From: Bacillota bacterium
GTDB taxonomy: Bacteria > Bacillota > Dethiobacteria > DTU022
Assembly: GCA_012797095.1 (NCBI GenBank)
Contig: JAAZPS010000055.1
Span: forward strand, 1-55,816
Length of the DNA: 55,816 bases
Reading direction: 5' to 3'
The notes below the pieces were generated by a model. That model was not told where the DNA came from and made no database searches. It saw only the letters and a list, made by a program, of their open reading frames with translations. Position numbers and translations under genes: made by a program. Below are positions 54,412-55,816 of this stretch, piece after piece (position 1 is the stretch's first letter; the number at the start of each line of letters is the position of its first letter).

Positions 54412-55497
54412 TCAGTAGGTGAGCAGGCTCTTCCCGTCCAGGCGGCTCTGATCCACCTGCGCGGCGAGCGGCTCCGGAACGGTCACGACGGCGGGGTTGC
54501 CGTCCGAGATGTACCGTCTTTCCGGGTTCTCCCGCAGCCGCTCCAGCCAGTCGTAAAGCCCGACCCCATCGGTCTCCATCTCGCTGGCCCGCACTCGCGG
54601 CAGCGCCGCCGGGTTGAACTTCACACTGAAGGGAGAGGGTGCGGGATTGGCTCCGACCAGCAAGATCCCTTCATTGCGGTAGGTCGTTCCTTCATAGCGT
54701 CCCTCGATAATATGGCTCATCTCATCGGGGCGCTCGCCAAAAGGAAGGGCCAGGCTGCGCACAGGGTAACCGGGCAGGTACTCCTGGGTCCGCTTGACCT
54801 GCAGGGCCAGTTCACGGCGGGCCTGATCCGGAGCCAAACGGCGGAGATTACCGTGCGAGTAACAGTGGTTGCCGATCTCGAAACCCTTTTCGACAAGATG
54901 AGAAAGCTTCTGCTGAACGTGGCGGCTCTGGCCAAAGGGGTTTTCGTAAAAGATATAGAAGGTTGCAGCCAGGCCGAAATCGGGGTGGGCGGCGTAAAAC
55001 TCTTCCAGGATCCCCACGGCACAATCGGGGTCGATCACGGGACGGCCGTCCTCTTCCAGGTAGCGGAACTGGCCGTTTCTTCCATCATCGAAAGTGAGCA
55101 CTACCGGGGAATACCCGGCAGGAAGATCGATCTTTCCGTCAAGAAGATCATTCATCGAGATAAGGCGGTACCCTGCTGCATGGAGTGTCTCCAGATCCTT
55201 GCGAAAATTGGCGGGAGTACGGCACCAGGTGCTCTCCGGTTCCCCGATCTCGTGGTACATCAGGATCATGATCTCTCCCGCTTCGTTTACCCCCAGAGCC
55301 TGATAATCGATCTTCACCTCCGGAGCATCCAGCTGCTCGCCCCCCGGATTTTTACCCTCCTCGCCCTGAACCGGCTCGGGCGGGCTTTCCGGTTTGCTAC
55401 AGGAGACCGGAAGAACCAGCAGAAGTAAAAGGATTGCAGTTGCCAACATTGCTATGATCCGACTTCCGGGCCGCCGGAACTTTGCTACCAGTTTCAT
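54412..55497 (-). CDS. polysaccharide deacetylase family protein (lipoprotein-like signal)
   Basis: The signal peptide ends in ...LPVSCS. ILMYHEI, VVLTFDDG and ...GNHCYSHGNL are NodB-type motifs. Confidence 0.85.
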   Translation of the reverse strand: MKLVAKFRRPGSRIIAMLATAILLLLLVLPVSCSKPESPPEPVQGEEGKNPGGEQLDAPEVKIDYQALGVNEAGEIMILMYHEIGEPESTWCRTPANFRKDLETLHAAGYRLISMNDLLDGKIDLPAGYSPVVLTFDDGRNGQFRYLEEDGRPVIDPDCAVGILEEFYAAHPDFGLAATFYIFYENPFGQSRHVQQKLSHLVEKGFEIGNHCYSHGNLRRLAPDQARRELALQVKRTQEYLPGYPVRSLALPFGERPDEMSHIIEGRYEGTTYRNEGILLVGANPAPSPFSVKFNPAALPRVRASEMETDGVGLYDWLERLRENPERRYISDGNPAVVTVPEPLAAQVDQSRLDGKSLLTY

Positions 55498-55720
55498 TGT
55501 CGAGACACCCCTTCGACTGCGATCTGCTCACAAGACAGATTTCGACAGATTGAGTGCCTGCTCCTGCTTCTTCAGAAGATCCCATCCCGGGGCATAAGAG
55601 GAAAATAAAAGAAAGCGAAGAAATGAGATAAAGCATCTTTTTGCCCGGTCAAAACGGCCCGAGCAGCGCTCCGGCTCATATAGAAAGCGCGGTCTCCTGT
55701 TTTCCTGGGACGCATTTTTT

Positions 55721-55816
55721 GTCATGGTGGGGGTGCAGCCCCTCCTGTCATCGGTGGGATTGTAGTTTTACCGATCATGATGGAGGTGCAGCCCCCCCTG
55801 TCATCGGTGGGATTGC
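55721..55816. repeat. direct repeat of ~41 nt (period ~53 nt), cut by the window end
   Basis: TCATGGTGGGGGTGCAGCCCCTCCTGTCATCGGTGGGATTG is matched by TCATGATGGAGGTGCAGCCCCCCCTGTCATCGGTGGGATTG. An internal ~26 nt sub-period (GTCATGGTGGGG / GTCATCGGTGGGA) is also visible. Confidence 0.6.

Overview
This 55.8 kb window is high-GC chromosomal DNA from what looks like a spore-forming Firmicute (Clostridia-like). The pointers are gpr, comEA/comEC, a T-box leader, an ECF transporter module and the yqeK-rsfS genes. Almost all of it is housekeeping, and I see no CRISPR array, rRNA or intact transposase.

Gene content, left to right:
- A KDG/KDPG sugar-acid block (2-hydroxyacid dehydrogenase, eda, kdgK), then panB and a MaoC-like dehydratase.
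- A ribosome-associated block: rplU, rpmA, obg, nadD, an RRM protein, yqeK, an LCP protein, rsfS and a ThiF-like protein.
- T-box-controlled leuS, an Asp23-family gene and comEA.
- A roughly 14 kb block: ahcY, pdp, deoC, rnhA, two phosphofructokinases, fba, ecfT/A2/A1, a TPM protein, LemA, an ECF S component and a HAD protein.
- A low-GC islet, then comEC.
- A GH57-based alpha-glucan cluster, trkA/trkH, holA, rpsT, gpr and a polysaccharide deacetylase.

The backbone comEA ... comEC ... holA-rpsT-gpr matches the Bacillus subtilis order, interrupted by two large blocks.

Most interesting observations:
1. A complete tRNA-Ala(GGC) cloverleaf with encoded CCA sits inside the leuS T-box leader, between the Stem I/F-box region and the antiterminator, where Stem III normally lies.
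2. A roughly 30 nt composite palindromic motif forms a perfect 3 x 47 nt tandem array at 28.75-28.9 kb. It recurs in inverted orientation at 34.1-34.25 kb, flanking comEC and the low-GC islet at the synteny breakpoints.
3. obg has an intact, conserved N-terminus but no in-frame ATG, GTG or TTG. An ATT start is implied.
4. The NDP-sugar pyrophosphorylase fusion in the glucan cluster carries a phosphohexomutase-like domain that has lost both catalytic signature motifs.

Many long antisense ORFs in the supplied track are high-GC shadow ORFs and were rejected. All calls come from reading translated motifs and the sequence by eye; no searches were run.
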